A DNA stretch of 64,000 bases from Candidatus Eiseniibacteriota bacterium. Its GTDB lineage: Bacteria > Eisenbacteria > RBG-16-71-46. The notes beneath the pieces are model-generated. The model had not been told where the DNA came from, searched no databases, and saw only the letters and a list, made by a program, of their open reading frames with translations. The stretch is from contig JABFRW010000052.1 of the NCBI GenBank assembly GCA_013140805.1, forward strand, positions 371-64,370, written 5' to 3'. The translations under genes were made by a program, and so were the position numbers. Shown here in pieces: positions 46,059-57,200 of this stretch; position 1 is the first letter of the stretch, and every line of letters starts with the position of its first letter.

Positions 46059-47594
46059 GTGGTCCCGCGCGCGCAGACATCACCGGATCGAACGCCGCCG
46101 ATCGACCCCGAGGAGCCGCTCGGTCCGACGCGCCACTTCAAGCCGGTTCCGATCCTGCTCTCGGTGCTCGCCGCATTCATCGTGGCGCAGCTGCGGATTC
46201 CCCACCTCGGCCCCGCGGCGCACGACACCCTCACGATCCTCACGCTCGCGATCGGGCTGTGGTTCACCGAAGCGGTGCCGATCGTGGTGCCGGCGTTGCT
46301 GATCCCGATTCTCGCCACGATGATGGGCGTCACCACGGTTCGTGGCGCGTTCTCGGGCTTCGGCGATCCGATCGTCTACATGTTCCTCGGCACCTTCCTG
46401 CTCACCGAGTCGGCGGCGCGTCACGGGCTCAACGCGCGACTCGCGGCCACGGTGATGAACGCACACTGGGTGCGCGGCAATCCGAAGCATCTGATCTGGG
46501 CACTGGCGCTGCTCGGCTGTGCGATCTCGGCGTTCGTGAACAACACCGCCACCACCGCCATGATCCTGCCGCTGGCACTCACCGCCGAGCGCACGCATCA
46601 TCGCGGGCTGCTGGTCGGCGCGCTGCTCATGGCTGCGTATGCGCCGTCGCTCGGCGGGTTCGCGACGCCGGTCGGCACCGCACCGAACCTGATCGGACTC
46701 GGATTGCTCGAAGCGGCGACCGGAGTGCGACCCTCGTTCGGGCGTTGGATGCTGGTGTTCGCGCCGCTCGCGATCCTGTTCACGATCGGCAGCGCCGCGT
46801 GGCTCCGGTGGCGCGCCGGCTCGGTGGCGCCGGTCGAGCTCACGCGCGACACAGCGATCCCCGCGCCGAGCATCGCCCGCCCGTGGTCGCTGGCCGAGCG
46901 GCTCCTCGTGCCGGTCTTCGGCGTGGTCGTGCTCCTGTGGATCGGTCCCGGCCTGCTTCAGAGCATGCCGGCGCTGGCGAACGCGCCGTTTCTCGAGCTG
47001 CTGCGCAAGCGCCTGCCCGAGACGGTCGTCCCTCTGTTCGGCGGTCTCCTGCTGTTCCTGTTGCCGAGCGGCGGACCCGGCGCGGGCGGGCGGCGCGGAT
47101 GGCGCAACGGCGAGCGCATTCTGGATGTGTCGGTGTTTCGCCGCCTCGAATGGAGCACGCTGCTGCTGTTCGGTGGTGGTCTGTCGCTCGGTGTCATGAT
47201 GTTCGACACCGGTCTCGCTCATTGGATCGGCGGCGGTCTCGCGAATCTGCTGCGCCTCGAGGGGACACCGCTCGCTGGCACCTTCGGTGTGGTGCTGGTC
47301 TCGACGCTGCTCGGAGTGCTGGTGAGCGAGATCACCAGCAACACCGCGAGTGCTTCCCTGGTGGTGCCGGTCGCGATCGCGCTCGCGCAGGTGGCGGGAG
47401 TGGATCCGGTCAAGCCGGCGCTGGCGGCAACGGTCGCATGTTCGTTCGGATTCATGCTGCCGGTTTCGACGCCGCCGAATGCCCTGGTCTACTCGACCGG
47501 GCGGCTGCGGGTCCGCGAGATGATCGCGAACGGAGCGCTCCTCGACCTGGCGGGCATTGCAGTGGTGTCGGTGTGGGTGACGCTTTTCGCCTGA
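46059..47594 (+). CDS. SLC13/DASS family sodium-coupled anion symporter
   Basis: NNTATTAMILP, GGFATPVGTAPN, LLFGGG, SNTA, FMLPVSTPPNA. Confidence 0.92.
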   Translation: MVPRAQTSPDRTPPIDPEEPLGPTRHFKPVPILLSVLAAFIVAQLRIPHLGPAAHDTLTILTLAIGLWFTEAVPIVVPALLIPILATMMGVTTVRGAFSGFGDPIVYMFLGTFLLTESAARHGLNARLAATVMNAHWVRGNPKHLIWALALLGCAISAFVNNTATTAMILPLALTAERTHHRGLLVGALLMAAYAPSLGGFATPVGTAPNLIGLGLLEAATGVRPSFGRWMLVFAPLAILFTIGSAAWLRWRAGSVAPVELTRDTAIPAPSIARPWSLAERLLVPVFGVVVLLWIGPGLLQSMPALANAPFLELLRKRLPETVVPLFGGLLLFLLPSGGPGAGGRRGWRNGERILDVSVFRRLEWSTLLLFGGGLSLGVMMFDTGLAHWIGGGLANLLRLEGTPLAGTFGVVLVSTLLGVLVSEITSNTASASLVVPVAIALAQVAGVDPVKPALAATVACSFGFMLPVSTPPNALVYSTGRLRVREMIANGALLDLAGIAVVSVWVTLFA

Positions 47595-47687
47595 TCCGGC
47601 GCCGCCTCAACGCCACACAAACCAGGCCGCCGGGCTAACTCGCGATGGCTCGCGACGCTGCCGCCTCGGAGGCCCCAACCCATTGAG

Positions 47688-47703
47688 TGGCTTGCACCTT
47701 GCA
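47688..47703 (+). promoter_or_regulatory. Possible sigma54 (-24/-12) promoter upstream of the dehydrogenase triplet
   Basis: TGGCTTGCACCTTGCA has GG-N10-GC spacing with TTGCA at -12. Confidence 0.4.
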
Positions 47704-47882
47704 AGTCCCAGGGTAGGAATCGTGCATTCCAGCCAGGCCGAACGGGGATTCGAGGGCGTGCGCGAAGAATCTCGAGTGCGCGCTTGGGGACTCGCGCATC
47801 TGCGTCCTACCATGTTCGACCCTTGCACCCCGCCGTCCGAGCGCCGCGCACACCACATCGAGAGTTCAGGGAGGTATTCCCG

Positions 47883-50800
47883 TTGTTCCGTCGCCTGAGG
47901 ATCCAGGCCGGTTTCGCGGTGCTGCTCGCGGCGATCGCCGTGTCGGCGACCGCCTCGCAGGTCGGCGCGTCGATCACGCTGCCGTACCCGTTCTGGTACT
48001 TCAACGCGGCGCCCGGAACCACGTTCGACACTCCGACCGGCATCGCGTTCATGCCCGACGGCCGGCTGCTGGTGTCCGAGAAGCGCGGCCGCGTCTACGT
48101 GATCAAAGATGGCACCCGGCTCACGACTCCGCTGTGGCAGCGCGAGAACGAGGTGCTGAACAACGGCGACAAGGGATTGCTCGACGTCGCGGTGGATCCC
48201 GACTTCGCGATCAACCGCTACGTCTACCTGCTCTACACGGTGGACCCCGACACCAACGGCGTCGACGACAACGAGGACGCGTTCGGGCGTCTGACGCGCT
48301 ACCAGGTCAGCGCCACCGATCCGAATGTCGTCGACTACGACACCCGCACCGTGCTGATGGGTCGCGTGTGGAACGAGGGCCCGACGATCGGATCGATCAC
48401 GCACTCGATCGGATCGTTGCGGTGGGGCACCGACAAGACGCTGCTGATCTCGATGGGCGACGGCGCGCAGTTCACCGTGATGGACCCGGGTGGGCTCGAC
48501 CCGGCGATGTTCGGCCCCGGCAAGGCGAATCCCTACGAAGACATCGGCGCGTTTCGCGCACAGGACATCACGGTGCTGCCGGGCAAGGTGTTGCGAATCG
48601 ATCCCGCGACCGGGCACGGCATGCCGAGCAATCCGTTCTACGACGGCAACCCGAGCTCGAACCGCTCCAAGGTGTGGGCCTACGGAGTGCGCAATCCGTT
48701 TCGCATCTGCGTGCGTCCCGGCAGCGGCAGCAGCAATCCCGCCGACGGTGACCCCGGTAGCGTGTACGTCGGCGACGTGGGCTGGGAGACCTGGGAAGAG
48801 GTGAGTGTGATCAAGACCGGCGGCACCAACCTGGGCTGGCCGTGCTTCGAGGGCACCCACAACAATTCGCCCTATCAGTCGGCCTCTCCGGCGCACAACG
48901 GCTGCGGCAGCGTGGGCAGCGCCACCAATCCCTCACCCTTCACCGCGCCGTTCACCGACTGGCATCACGCCAACGCATCGCTCAGTTCGCCGTCGGGAGT
49001 GAAAGGCAATTCAGCGATCGGCGGCACGTTCTACACCGGCGTGTCGTGGCCGCTCGCCTTTCGCGGGCGCCTGATCGTCGGCGACTACGGCTACGGCTTC
49101 ATGCGGGTCGCCACCGTCGACGCGAACGATGACGTGACGGCGTGGACCTCGTTCGCGGCCGAAACCGACGGCCCGGTCGACATGGCGACCGGCCCCTACG
49201 ACGGCGATCTCTACTACGTCTCGATCACCACCGGCGAAGTGCGCCGCATCCACTACTTCCGCCCGCTGGGCGGCAACCAGGCGCCCAACGCGGTGGCGGG
49301 CGCCGACCTGCTGCTGGGCACCGCACCGCTGACCGTGCAGTTCTCGAGTGCCGCCAGCAGTGATCCCGACGGCGATTCGCTGCGCACCACGTGGACGTTC
49401 GACGACGGCTCCGGCTCATTCCTCGCGAACCCGACGCACTCTTTCCAGTACGCGGGGACCTATCAGGTGCAACTGCTGGTCGACGACGATCGGTTGAACG
49501 AAGGCACCCACACCGTGACGATCGTGGTGAATCCGTCTCAGCCGTTCCCGGCCACCGGCACGCTCGATGACTTCAACCGCGCCAACGGGCCACTCGGGGC
49601 TTCGTGGAGTGACCCGGTCCATGGCGCTGCGGCGGCCGCGGTGAACGGCAACGACCTGGTGCAGAGCGGCGTCACGCCCACCGAACCGGTGTGGGACCCG
49701 CAGGTCTTCGGCACCGAGCAGGAAGCGTACGTGCGCTTCGACGCCACGACCTCGAACTCGCCCGAGCAGGCGCTGCTTCTCAAGCTGCAGGGGGCGCGCT
49801 CCGATTCGTCGCACATCCGCGTGGTCTACGACGCGCGCTTCCCGCACGTGCAGGTCGCGACTTTCCAGCCCGGCATCGGCGAGGTGGTGCGAGGGGCGGC
49901 GATTCCGATCGAGTTCGTGGTCGGCGACACGCTCGGCGCCCGCGCGTTCGGTAACGGCACCGTGCAGGTGTTCCACAACGGCGCGCTGATCGGCACCGTA
50001 AGCGTGGGCTCGTGGCCCTATGCCGCGAGCGGCGGCCGCATCGGACTGGCGCTTACCGGCGCGCTGCTCACGCGCCTCGACGACTTCGGCGGCGGCAACT
50101 TCGCAGGTGGAGCGAACACCGCGCCGCTCGCGGTCATCGACGCGCCGATCGACAGCGCGTTCTTCGCCGCGCAGGATTCGATCCACATGAGCGGCAGCGG
50201 TGTCGATGCGCAACAGCCGGCCGAGGCGCTGCAATACTTCTGGGATGTCTACCTGCATCACAACACGCACGTGCATCCGAACACCTTCACGAGCTCCAAT
50301 CGCAACGCCGCGATGGTCGCCGAAGATCACGAAGACGGCACCGGCGTGTGGTACGAGGTGCGCCTCTACGTGCAGGACGCCGAAGGGCTGCGCGATACCG
50401 CACGCGTCGATCTGTTCCCCGAGATCAACCTGCGCGCGAGTGAACTCGCGGTCACGCCGGATCCGCCGACCGAGGGTCAGTGGGCGACCTGGAGCTTCAA
50501 GCTCCGCAACCTGGGCCGCATGCCGGCGCCGATCTCGCGCTGGCGTCTGGTACTCGGCAACACACTGCTGGCCGAAGGCGACACTTTGATCGCGCCCGGC
50601 GACAGCGTGCTGATCTCGGCCACGCTCATCAACCCGTTGGGTGGCGGCAGCTTCACTGCCCGGGCGACCGGTGACACCCTGGCCAACGTGGTCGAGACCG
50701 ACGAATCCGACAACGCCTCGATTCGGCAGGTCGAAATGGCCGGATCGCCGGTCGGAGTGGGGCAGGCGCCACAGCGTTTCGCGCTTTCACAGGGATTTCC

Positions 50801-51050
50801 CAACCCCGCCGGCGCCATGGTGCGATTCGGTCTCGATCTGCCCCGACGTGGTGCGGTAGCATTTCGGGTCCTCGACGTTCAGGGTCGCGAGGTGTGGACG
50901 CAAGGCGCGCGGGAATTCGCGGCCGGGCACTGGAATCTCGAGTGGCCGTCACGGTTGGCGGACGGTTCGCGAGCTCCGGCAGGTCTCTACCTCGCGTTGA
51001 TTGCCGTCGAGGGCCGCACGTACGCTCGACGGATTGCGGTCGTGCGATGA
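47883..51050 (+). CDS. Secreted PQQ-dependent sugar dehydrogenase with PKD, lectin-like, Ig, CARDB and FlgD/T9SS-like domains (paralogue 1)
   Basis: GDKGLL, GKVLRID, GVRNPF, GDVGW, NLGWP; PKD WTFDDG; CARDB ETDESDN. TTG start with GGGAGG RBS. Confidence 0.85.
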   Translation: MFRRLRIQAGFAVLLAAIAVSATASQVGASITLPYPFWYFNAAPGTTFDTPTGIAFMPDGRLLVSEKRGRVYVIKDGTRLTTPLWQRENEVLNNGDKGLLDVAVDPDFAINRYVYLLYTVDPDTNGVDDNEDAFGRLTRYQVSATDPNVVDYDTRTVLMGRVWNEGPTIGSITHSIGSLRWGTDKTLLISMGDGAQFTVMDPGGLDPAMFGPGKANPYEDIGAFRAQDITVLPGKVLRIDPATGHGMPSNPFYDGNPSSNRSKVWAYGVRNPFRICVRPGSGSSNPADGDPGSVYVGDVGWETWEEVSVIKTGGTNLGWPCFEGTHNNSPYQSASPAHNGCGSVGSATNPSPFTAPFTDWHHANASLSSPSGVKGNSAIGGTFYTGVSWPLAFRGRLIVGDYGYGFMRVATVDANDDVTAWTSFAAETDGPVDMATGPYDGDLYYVSITTGEVRRIHYFRPLGGNQAPNAVAGADLLLGTAPLTVQFSSAASSDPDGDSLRTTWTFDDGSGSFLANPTHSFQYAGTYQVQLLVDDDRLNEGTHTVTIVVNPSQPFPATGTLDDFNRANGPLGASWSDPVHGAAAAAVNGNDLVQSGVTPTEPVWDPQVFGTEQEAYVRFDATTSNSPEQALLLKLQGARSDSSHIRVVYDARFPHVQVATFQPGIGEVVRGAAIPIEFVVGDTLGARAFGNGTVQVFHNGALIGTVSVGSWPYAASGGRIGLALTGALLTRLDDFGGGNFAGGANTAPLAVIDAPIDSAFFAAQDSIHMSGSGVDAQQPAEALQYFWDVYLHHNTHVHPNTFTSSNRNAAMVAEDHEDGTGVWYEVRLYVQDAEGLRDTARVDLFPEINLRASELAVTPDPPTEGQWATWSFKLRNLGRMPAPISRWRLVLGNTLLAEGDTLIAPGDSVLISATLINPLGGGSFTARATGDTLANVVETDESDNASIRQVEMAGSPVGVGQAPQRFALSQGFPNPAGAMVRFGLDLPRRGAVAFRVLDVQGREVWTQGAREFAAGHWNLEWPSRLADGSRAPAGLYLALIAVEGRTYARRIAVVR

Positions 51051-51081
51051 CTTCCCGCTTACGCATCGGAGACCTACCGGT

Positions 51082-54000
51082 ATGCTCCCCCGGCTACCCG
51101 GCCTCGCCTTCGTCGTCGCCTGCTTGCTGCTCGTCGCCGTCGCGCTGGCTCCGCGACCCGCTGACGCCATCACCTTCACCGACTCCCTGTTCATCGCCGA
51201 GGATATCGCCCCGGCAGTGACGTGGACCACGCCGACCGGACTGGCGTACCTGCCCGGCGGTCGGCTGCTGGTGATCGAGAAGCGCGGCCGCGTGTATTCC
51301 GTGATGAACGGCATCAAGAGCGCTCAGCCGCTGCTCAATCTCGAGTCCGAGGTGTTGAACGAGGGCGACCGTGGACTGCTCGGAATCGCGGTCGATCCCA
51401 ACTACGTCACGAACCACTTCGTGTACCTGCTCTACACCGTGGATCCCGACTCGAACGACATTGAGACCAACGACGACGCATTCAGCCGCCTGTCGAGATT
51501 CCAGGTCAGCTTCGCGGACTCGACCTCGATGCCCTACGCGAGTCGCGCGGTGCTGTTCGGGCACACCTGGACGAGCGGCGCGATCTCCGCGTCGTCTTCG
51601 CACACTGTCGGCTGCCTGCGCTTCGGTACCGACGGCACGCTGCTGGTCTCGATCGGCGACGGCGGACAGTTCAACGTCACCGATGCCGGTGGCGTCGACC
51701 CCGGGGCGTTCGGCGCCGGCAGGACCGATCCGCTCGAGGACATCGGCGCGTTTCGCGCGCAGTACCTGCAGAGTCTCGCGGGCAAGCTGTTGCGGATCGA
51801 TCCCGCAACCGGCCTCGGACTGCCGAGCAATCCGTTCTACGAGTCGGCGAACCCCGGCTCGGCGCAATCGCGTGTGTGGTGCTACGGCCTGCGCAATCCG
51901 TTCCGATTCGCGCTGCACCCCGCCACCGGCAGCACCGACCCGAGCGCCGGTCAGCCCGGCAGCGCGTTCATCGGCGACGTCGGCTGGACGGCGTGGGAGG
52001 AAACCAACGTCGCGACCACCGGGGGGGTCAACTTCGGCTGGCCGTGCTACGAAGGTTTGAATCCGCAGGACGGCTATCAGGCCGCCACACCGCCACATCA
52101 CGATTGCGCGACCATCGGAACGGTCACGAATCCATCGCCGGCGACGAGCCCCATCATGACCTGGCATCACCTCACGGCGAGTCTCAGCACGCCTCCGGGC
52201 CTGGTCGGAAACGCCGCGACCGCGTGCGTGTTCTACACCGGCGGGCGCTACCCGATCATCTACGCCGGGCGGTTCTTCTTCAGCGACTACGGCGCCGACT
52301 GGATCAACACCGCGGTGCTCGACGGCAACCAGGTACTGGTGAGCACTTCGCCGTGGGCGACCTCGGTCGGCGGCCCGGTCGACCTCGCGCAGGACCCCGT
52401 GAACGGCGAACTGATCGTCGTCAGCATCACGAACAACCAGGTGCTGCGGATTCGCTACGCCGGCACCGTGCCGAACGGCGAGCCGGTCACGGTCGCGAAG
52501 GGCACGCCGCTGGTGGGCATCATGCCGCTGACCGTGAGCTTCTCGAGCGCCGGCACCTTCGATCCGAACGGCGACCCGGTCACGATGACGTGGCTGTTCG
52601 GTGACGGCGAGGGGGCGAGCGGTCCGGCGCCTCAGCACACCTACACCAAGTCGGGAAGCTTCCTGGCGGTGCTCAATGCCGCCGACGATGACGGCAGCAT
52701 CGGCCGCGATACCGTGAACGTGGTGGTGCTCGCTTCTTCGGCGTTCCCGACCACCCCGGTGCTCGACAACTTCAATCGCGCGAACGGACCGATCGGAAGC
52801 CCGTGGGTCGGAATCACGAGCGGGCTCACCATCAACAACAACATGCTGTGGCCGAGCTGCTGTTCACCGAGCACGGTGTGGAGCAGTCAGAGCTTCGGCC
52901 CCAACCAGGAAGCGTTCATTCGATTCCAGGCGATCAGCACCAGCGCGCCCGAACAGGACCTGATGCTCAAGGTGCAGGGGCTCTCGTACACCACCGGGCA
53001 CATCGAAGTGCGCTACGACGCAGCGCTTCACGCGGTTCGCGTGGCAACCTACGTGCTGCCGGGCGGGTGGACGCAACGCGCCTCGTTCCCCACCACCATG
53101 GCGGTCGGTGACGTGATGGGGGCGCGCGCATTCGCGAATGGTGTGATCCAGGTGATCAAAAACGGCGCGGTGCTCGGCCAGACCAGCACCGGCAACTGGC
53201 CGTTTGCCGCCAACGGTGGCTATCTGGGATTGACGATCGCCGGAGCGCAGGCCGCGCGTCTCGACGACTTCGGCGGCGGAAACGTGGTGTTCAGCACCAA
53301 CACGCCGCCGGCCGTCTCGATCGTCTCGCCGCTGCCCGGCGAGTTCTACGTCGAAGGTGAACCGCTGACGCTCAACGGCATCGCCACCGACGGTCAACAG
53401 GAGCCGGGCTCGCTGCCTTACGAGTGGTCGGTCAATCTGCACCACAACAATCACGTGCACCCGAACACCGTGGTCCTGTCGGGACCGACCACCGGATTCA
53501 CGCCCGAGAATCACGACGACGGCACCGGGGTGTGGCTGCAGCTCAAGCTGAGTGTGACCGATGCGGAAGGGCTCTCCGACACGACCAGCATCGCGATCTT
53601 CCCGGAGATCGACCTGGTGGCAGCGCCCGCACTGATCTCGCCCGATCCGCCGGTGACCGGCACCCAGACGTTCGTGAACTTCTGGATCCACAACCGTGGA
53701 CACATGCCGGCGCAGCTCTCGCGCTGGCGGCTGAATCGCGGCAACGAAGTACTGGCGGAAGGCGACACGCTGGTGCCGCCGCTCGATTCGGTGCGTGTGC
53801 AGCGCATCTACCCGGCCGGCAGCTTCGCCGCCGGCCCGCTCACGCTGCGATTCGTCGCCGACACGCTCGGCGTGATTCCCGAGACCGACGAATCCAACAA
53901 TGGGGTGACGATCGAACGCGTGGTGACGGAAGGCGGCGCGGTGGACGTCGAAGCAGCGCCTCTGGCATTCAGCCTCGGTGAGGTGCGCCCCAATCCCAGC

Positions 54001-54240
54001 CCGTCGACGGTCGCGCTGTCGCTCGCGCTGCCGCGCGTGTCGCGCGTCGAGTTCGAAGTGTTCGACGCGCAGGGTCGCGTCGCGCTGCGACGCGCCACGC
54101 GCGCCTACTCGCCGGGGCGGCACGAGTTGCGCTGGGACGGCCGGCTCAATGGCCGCGAAGCCGCGCCCGCCGGGCTCTACTGGGCCCGCGTGACGGTCGA
54201 CGGAGCTCGATATGCGCGGCGCTTCGTGATCGTGAAGTAG
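51082..54240 (+). CDS. Secreted PQQ-dependent sugar dehydrogenase, multidomain (paralogue 2)
   Basis: Same architecture; GDRGLLG, GLRNPF, NFGWP, PKD WLFGDG, ETDESNN, C-terminal PNP..GLY. Confidence 0.85.
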   Translation: MLPRLPGLAFVVACLLLVAVALAPRPADAITFTDSLFIAEDIAPAVTWTTPTGLAYLPGGRLLVIEKRGRVYSVMNGIKSAQPLLNLESEVLNEGDRGLLGIAVDPNYVTNHFVYLLYTVDPDSNDIETNDDAFSRLSRFQVSFADSTSMPYASRAVLFGHTWTSGAISASSSHTVGCLRFGTDGTLLVSIGDGGQFNVTDAGGVDPGAFGAGRTDPLEDIGAFRAQYLQSLAGKLLRIDPATGLGLPSNPFYESANPGSAQSRVWCYGLRNPFRFALHPATGSTDPSAGQPGSAFIGDVGWTAWEETNVATTGGVNFGWPCYEGLNPQDGYQAATPPHHDCATIGTVTNPSPATSPIMTWHHLTASLSTPPGLVGNAATACVFYTGGRYPIIYAGRFFFSDYGADWINTAVLDGNQVLVSTSPWATSVGGPVDLAQDPVNGELIVVSITNNQVLRIRYAGTVPNGEPVTVAKGTPLVGIMPLTVSFSSAGTFDPNGDPVTMTWLFGDGEGASGPAPQHTYTKSGSFLAVLNAADDDGSIGRDTVNVVVLASSAFPTTPVLDNFNRANGPIGSPWVGITSGLTINNNMLWPSCCSPSTVWSSQSFGPNQEAFIRFQAISTSAPEQDLMLKVQGLSYTTGHIEVRYDAALHAVRVATYVLPGGWTQRASFPTTMAVGDVMGARAFANGVIQVIKNGAVLGQTSTGNWPFAANGGYLGLTIAGAQAARLDDFGGGNVVFSTNTPPAVSIVSPLPGEFYVEGEPLTLNGIATDGQQEPGSLPYEWSVNLHHNNHVHPNTVVLSGPTTGFTPENHDDGTGVWLQLKLSVTDAEGLSDTTSIAIFPEIDLVAAPALISPDPPVTGTQTFVNFWIHNRGHMPAQLSRWRLNRGNEVLAEGDTLVPPLDSVRVQRIYPAGSFAAGPLTLRFVADTLGVIPETDESNNGVTIERVVTEGGAVDVEAAPLAFSLGEVRPNPSPSTVALSLALPRVSRVEFEVFDAQGRVALRRATRAYSPGRHELRWDGRLNGREAAPAGLYWARVTVDGARYARRFVIVK

Positions 54241-54262
54241 CCGGATGCATCGGAGGGTCGGC

Positions 54263-57200
54263 ATGCTCTCGAGACGCGCCGGCCGCTTGTTCGCGGCTGC
54301 TCTGATCGTCACTGCAATTGGGATCGCACCCCGACCCGCACGCGCGATCGCCTTCAGCGATCCGTTGTTCGTTGCCGAGGACGTGGCCCCCGGAGCGAGC
54401 TGGAGCACGCCGACCGGACTGGCCTACCTGCCCGGCGGCCGGCTGCTGGTGATCGAGAAGCGCGGTCGCGTGTACTCGGTGATGAACGGAATCAAGAGCG
54501 CGCAGCCGCTGCTCAATCTCGAACTCGAGGTACTGAACGAAGGCGATCGCGGCCTGCTCGGAATCGCCGTCGACCCGAACTACGTCTCGAACCACTCGGT
54601 GTATCTGCTCTACACGGTGGACCCCGATTCGAACAACGTCGAGACCAACGATGATGCGTTCAGCCGGCTGTCGCGATTCCAGATCGGCTTCGCGGACTCG
54701 ACCGTGATCGCCTACTCGTCGCGTGCGGTTCTGTTCGGCTCCACCTGGACGAACGGAGCGGTCTCGGCGGCGTCTTCGCACACCATCGGTTGTCTGCGCT
54801 TTGGAAGCGACGGAACCCTGCTCGTGTCGGTCGGCGATGGGGGTCAGTTCAGCGGCGCCGATGCGGGCGGACTGGACCCCGGTGCGTTCGGCGCCGGCAG
54901 GACCGATCCGCTCGAAGACATCGGAGCGTTTCGCGCGCAGTACCTGCAGAGCCTCGCTGGAAAGCTGCTGCGGCTCGATCCGGCGACCGGTCGGGGACTG
55001 CCGAGCAATCCGTTCTATCAAGCCGGCAGTCCGAGCTCTGCCCAGTCTCGCGTGTGGGCCTACGGACTTCGGAACCCGTTCCGCTTCGCGATGCGACCCG
55101 GCACCGGCAGCTCGAATCCTGGCGTGGGTCAGCCGGGCGTGGCGTTCATCGACGACGCGGGCTGGTTCACGTGGGAGGAAACCAACGTCGCGGTGACCGG
55201 AGGACTCAACTTCGGTTGGCCTTGTTACGAAGGGTTCAACCCGCAGAATGCGTATCAGGGTGCCGTGCCGTCGCACCACGGCTGCGCGACCATCGGCACT
55301 CCCGCGAATCCCTCGCCGCGAGCGAACCCGCTGATCGCGTGGCATCACGGCGACTCGCTGCTCAGCACGCCGGCGGGTCTGATCGGCAATGCGGCGACGG
55401 CGTGTCTTTTCTACACCGGGAGTCGCTACCCGACCGGCTTCGCCGGCCGGTTCTTCTTTAGCGACTACGGGCGCAATTGGATCGACACCGCCGTGATGGA
55501 CGCCAGTCACGCGCTCGTGAGCACCGCGCCGTGGGCCACTTCCGCGGATGGCCCGGTCGACATGGCGCAGGATCCCGCGAGCGGCGAGATCGTGCTCGTG
55601 ACACTCGCGAACAACAAGGTGCTGCGCGTTCGATACACCGGAGCGGGATCGAACGGTGCTCCGTTGGCATTCGCAGCCGGCACGCCGCGCGTCGGGGTGG
55701 CGCCCTGCCTGGTGAACTTCTCGAGCGCGGGCACGTTCGATCCGAATGGTGATCCACTCACGCTCAACTGGCTGTTCGGCGACGGTACCGGCGCGAGTGG
55801 TCCAGCGCCCTCGCACTCGTACACGGTGGCGGGCAGCTATCAGGCGACCCTCACCGCGCGCGACAATCACGGCGACATCGGTCGCGATACTGTGACCATC
55901 GTGGTGCTGGGCTCGTCGGTTTTTCCGACCACCGCGGTGCTCGACAACTTCAACCGCGCGAACGGCCCGCTCGGCGGCGCGTGGGTCGACAATGCGAACG
56001 GGCTCGCGATCAATGGCAACCAGCTCACGCAGACGTGCTGCACTCCGAGCACGGTGTGGAGCGGGCAGAGCTTCGGGCCCAACCAGGAGGCCTACGTCCG
56101 CTTCCTGGCCGTCACGCCGGGCGCCGACGAACAGGACCTGATGCTCAAGGTTCAGGGGCTCTCGTACAGCACCGGCCACATCGAGGTGCGCTACGACGCG
56201 GTGCTCGCGGCGGTGCGTGTGTCGACCTATCTGCCCTCGACGAGCTGGACGCAATGGGCAGCGTTTCCGACCACGATGGCGGTCGGCGACGTGCTGGGTG
56301 CCCGCGCGTTCTCGAACGGCATGATTCAGGTGATGAAGAATGGCGCTTTGCTGGGCGAGACCACGAGCGGTGAGTGGCCGTTCGCCGCCAACGGAGGCTA
56401 CCTGGGGCTGACGTTTGCGGGTGCGCTGACGTCGCGACTCGATGACTTCGGCGGAGGCACCATCGTGCTCAATCCGAACACCGCACCGAACGCCACCGTC
56501 ACCTCACCGCCCTCCGGCCAGTTCTATGTGGAGGGGATTCCGATTGCGCTGACCGGAACCGCCACCGATGCGCAGCAGAGCTCGGCGTCCCTTCAGTACG
56601 ACTGGTCGGTCGACCTGCATCACAACAACCACGTTCATCCGAGCACCGTGGTGTTGTCGGGCGCTTCGACCGGCTTCACGCCCGAGAACCACGACGACGG
56701 CACGGGTGTGTGGCTCGAGGTCAAGCTGCTGGCGATGGACTCGGGCGGGCTCGCTGACACCGCCGGCATCGCGCTCTATCCTGAAATCGACCTCCAGGCA
56801 AAGGCCGGCTTGATCTCGCCGGATCCACCCACCACCGGGACGCAGACGTTCGTGAACTTCTGGATCCACAATCGTGGCCGCATGCCGGCGCAACGGTCGC
56901 GCTGGCGACTCAACCGCGGCGCGCAGATGCTCGCCGAGGGCGACACGCTGGTGGCACGACTCGACTCGGTTCGCGTTCAGCGCGTGTTCCCGGCCGGCAC
57001 GTTCGTGGCGGGTCCACTCACGCTGCGATTCCGGGCGGACACGCTCGGCACCGTGCCCGAGACCAACGAGGCGAACAACGGAGTGACGGTTCAACGCACC
57101 GTGATCCAGGGCGGTGCGGTCGCCGTCGAGCCGCCACCGATCGCATTCGGTCTCGGCGAGTCGCGCCCGAATCCGAGTGCCTCGAGCGTTGCATTCTCGC

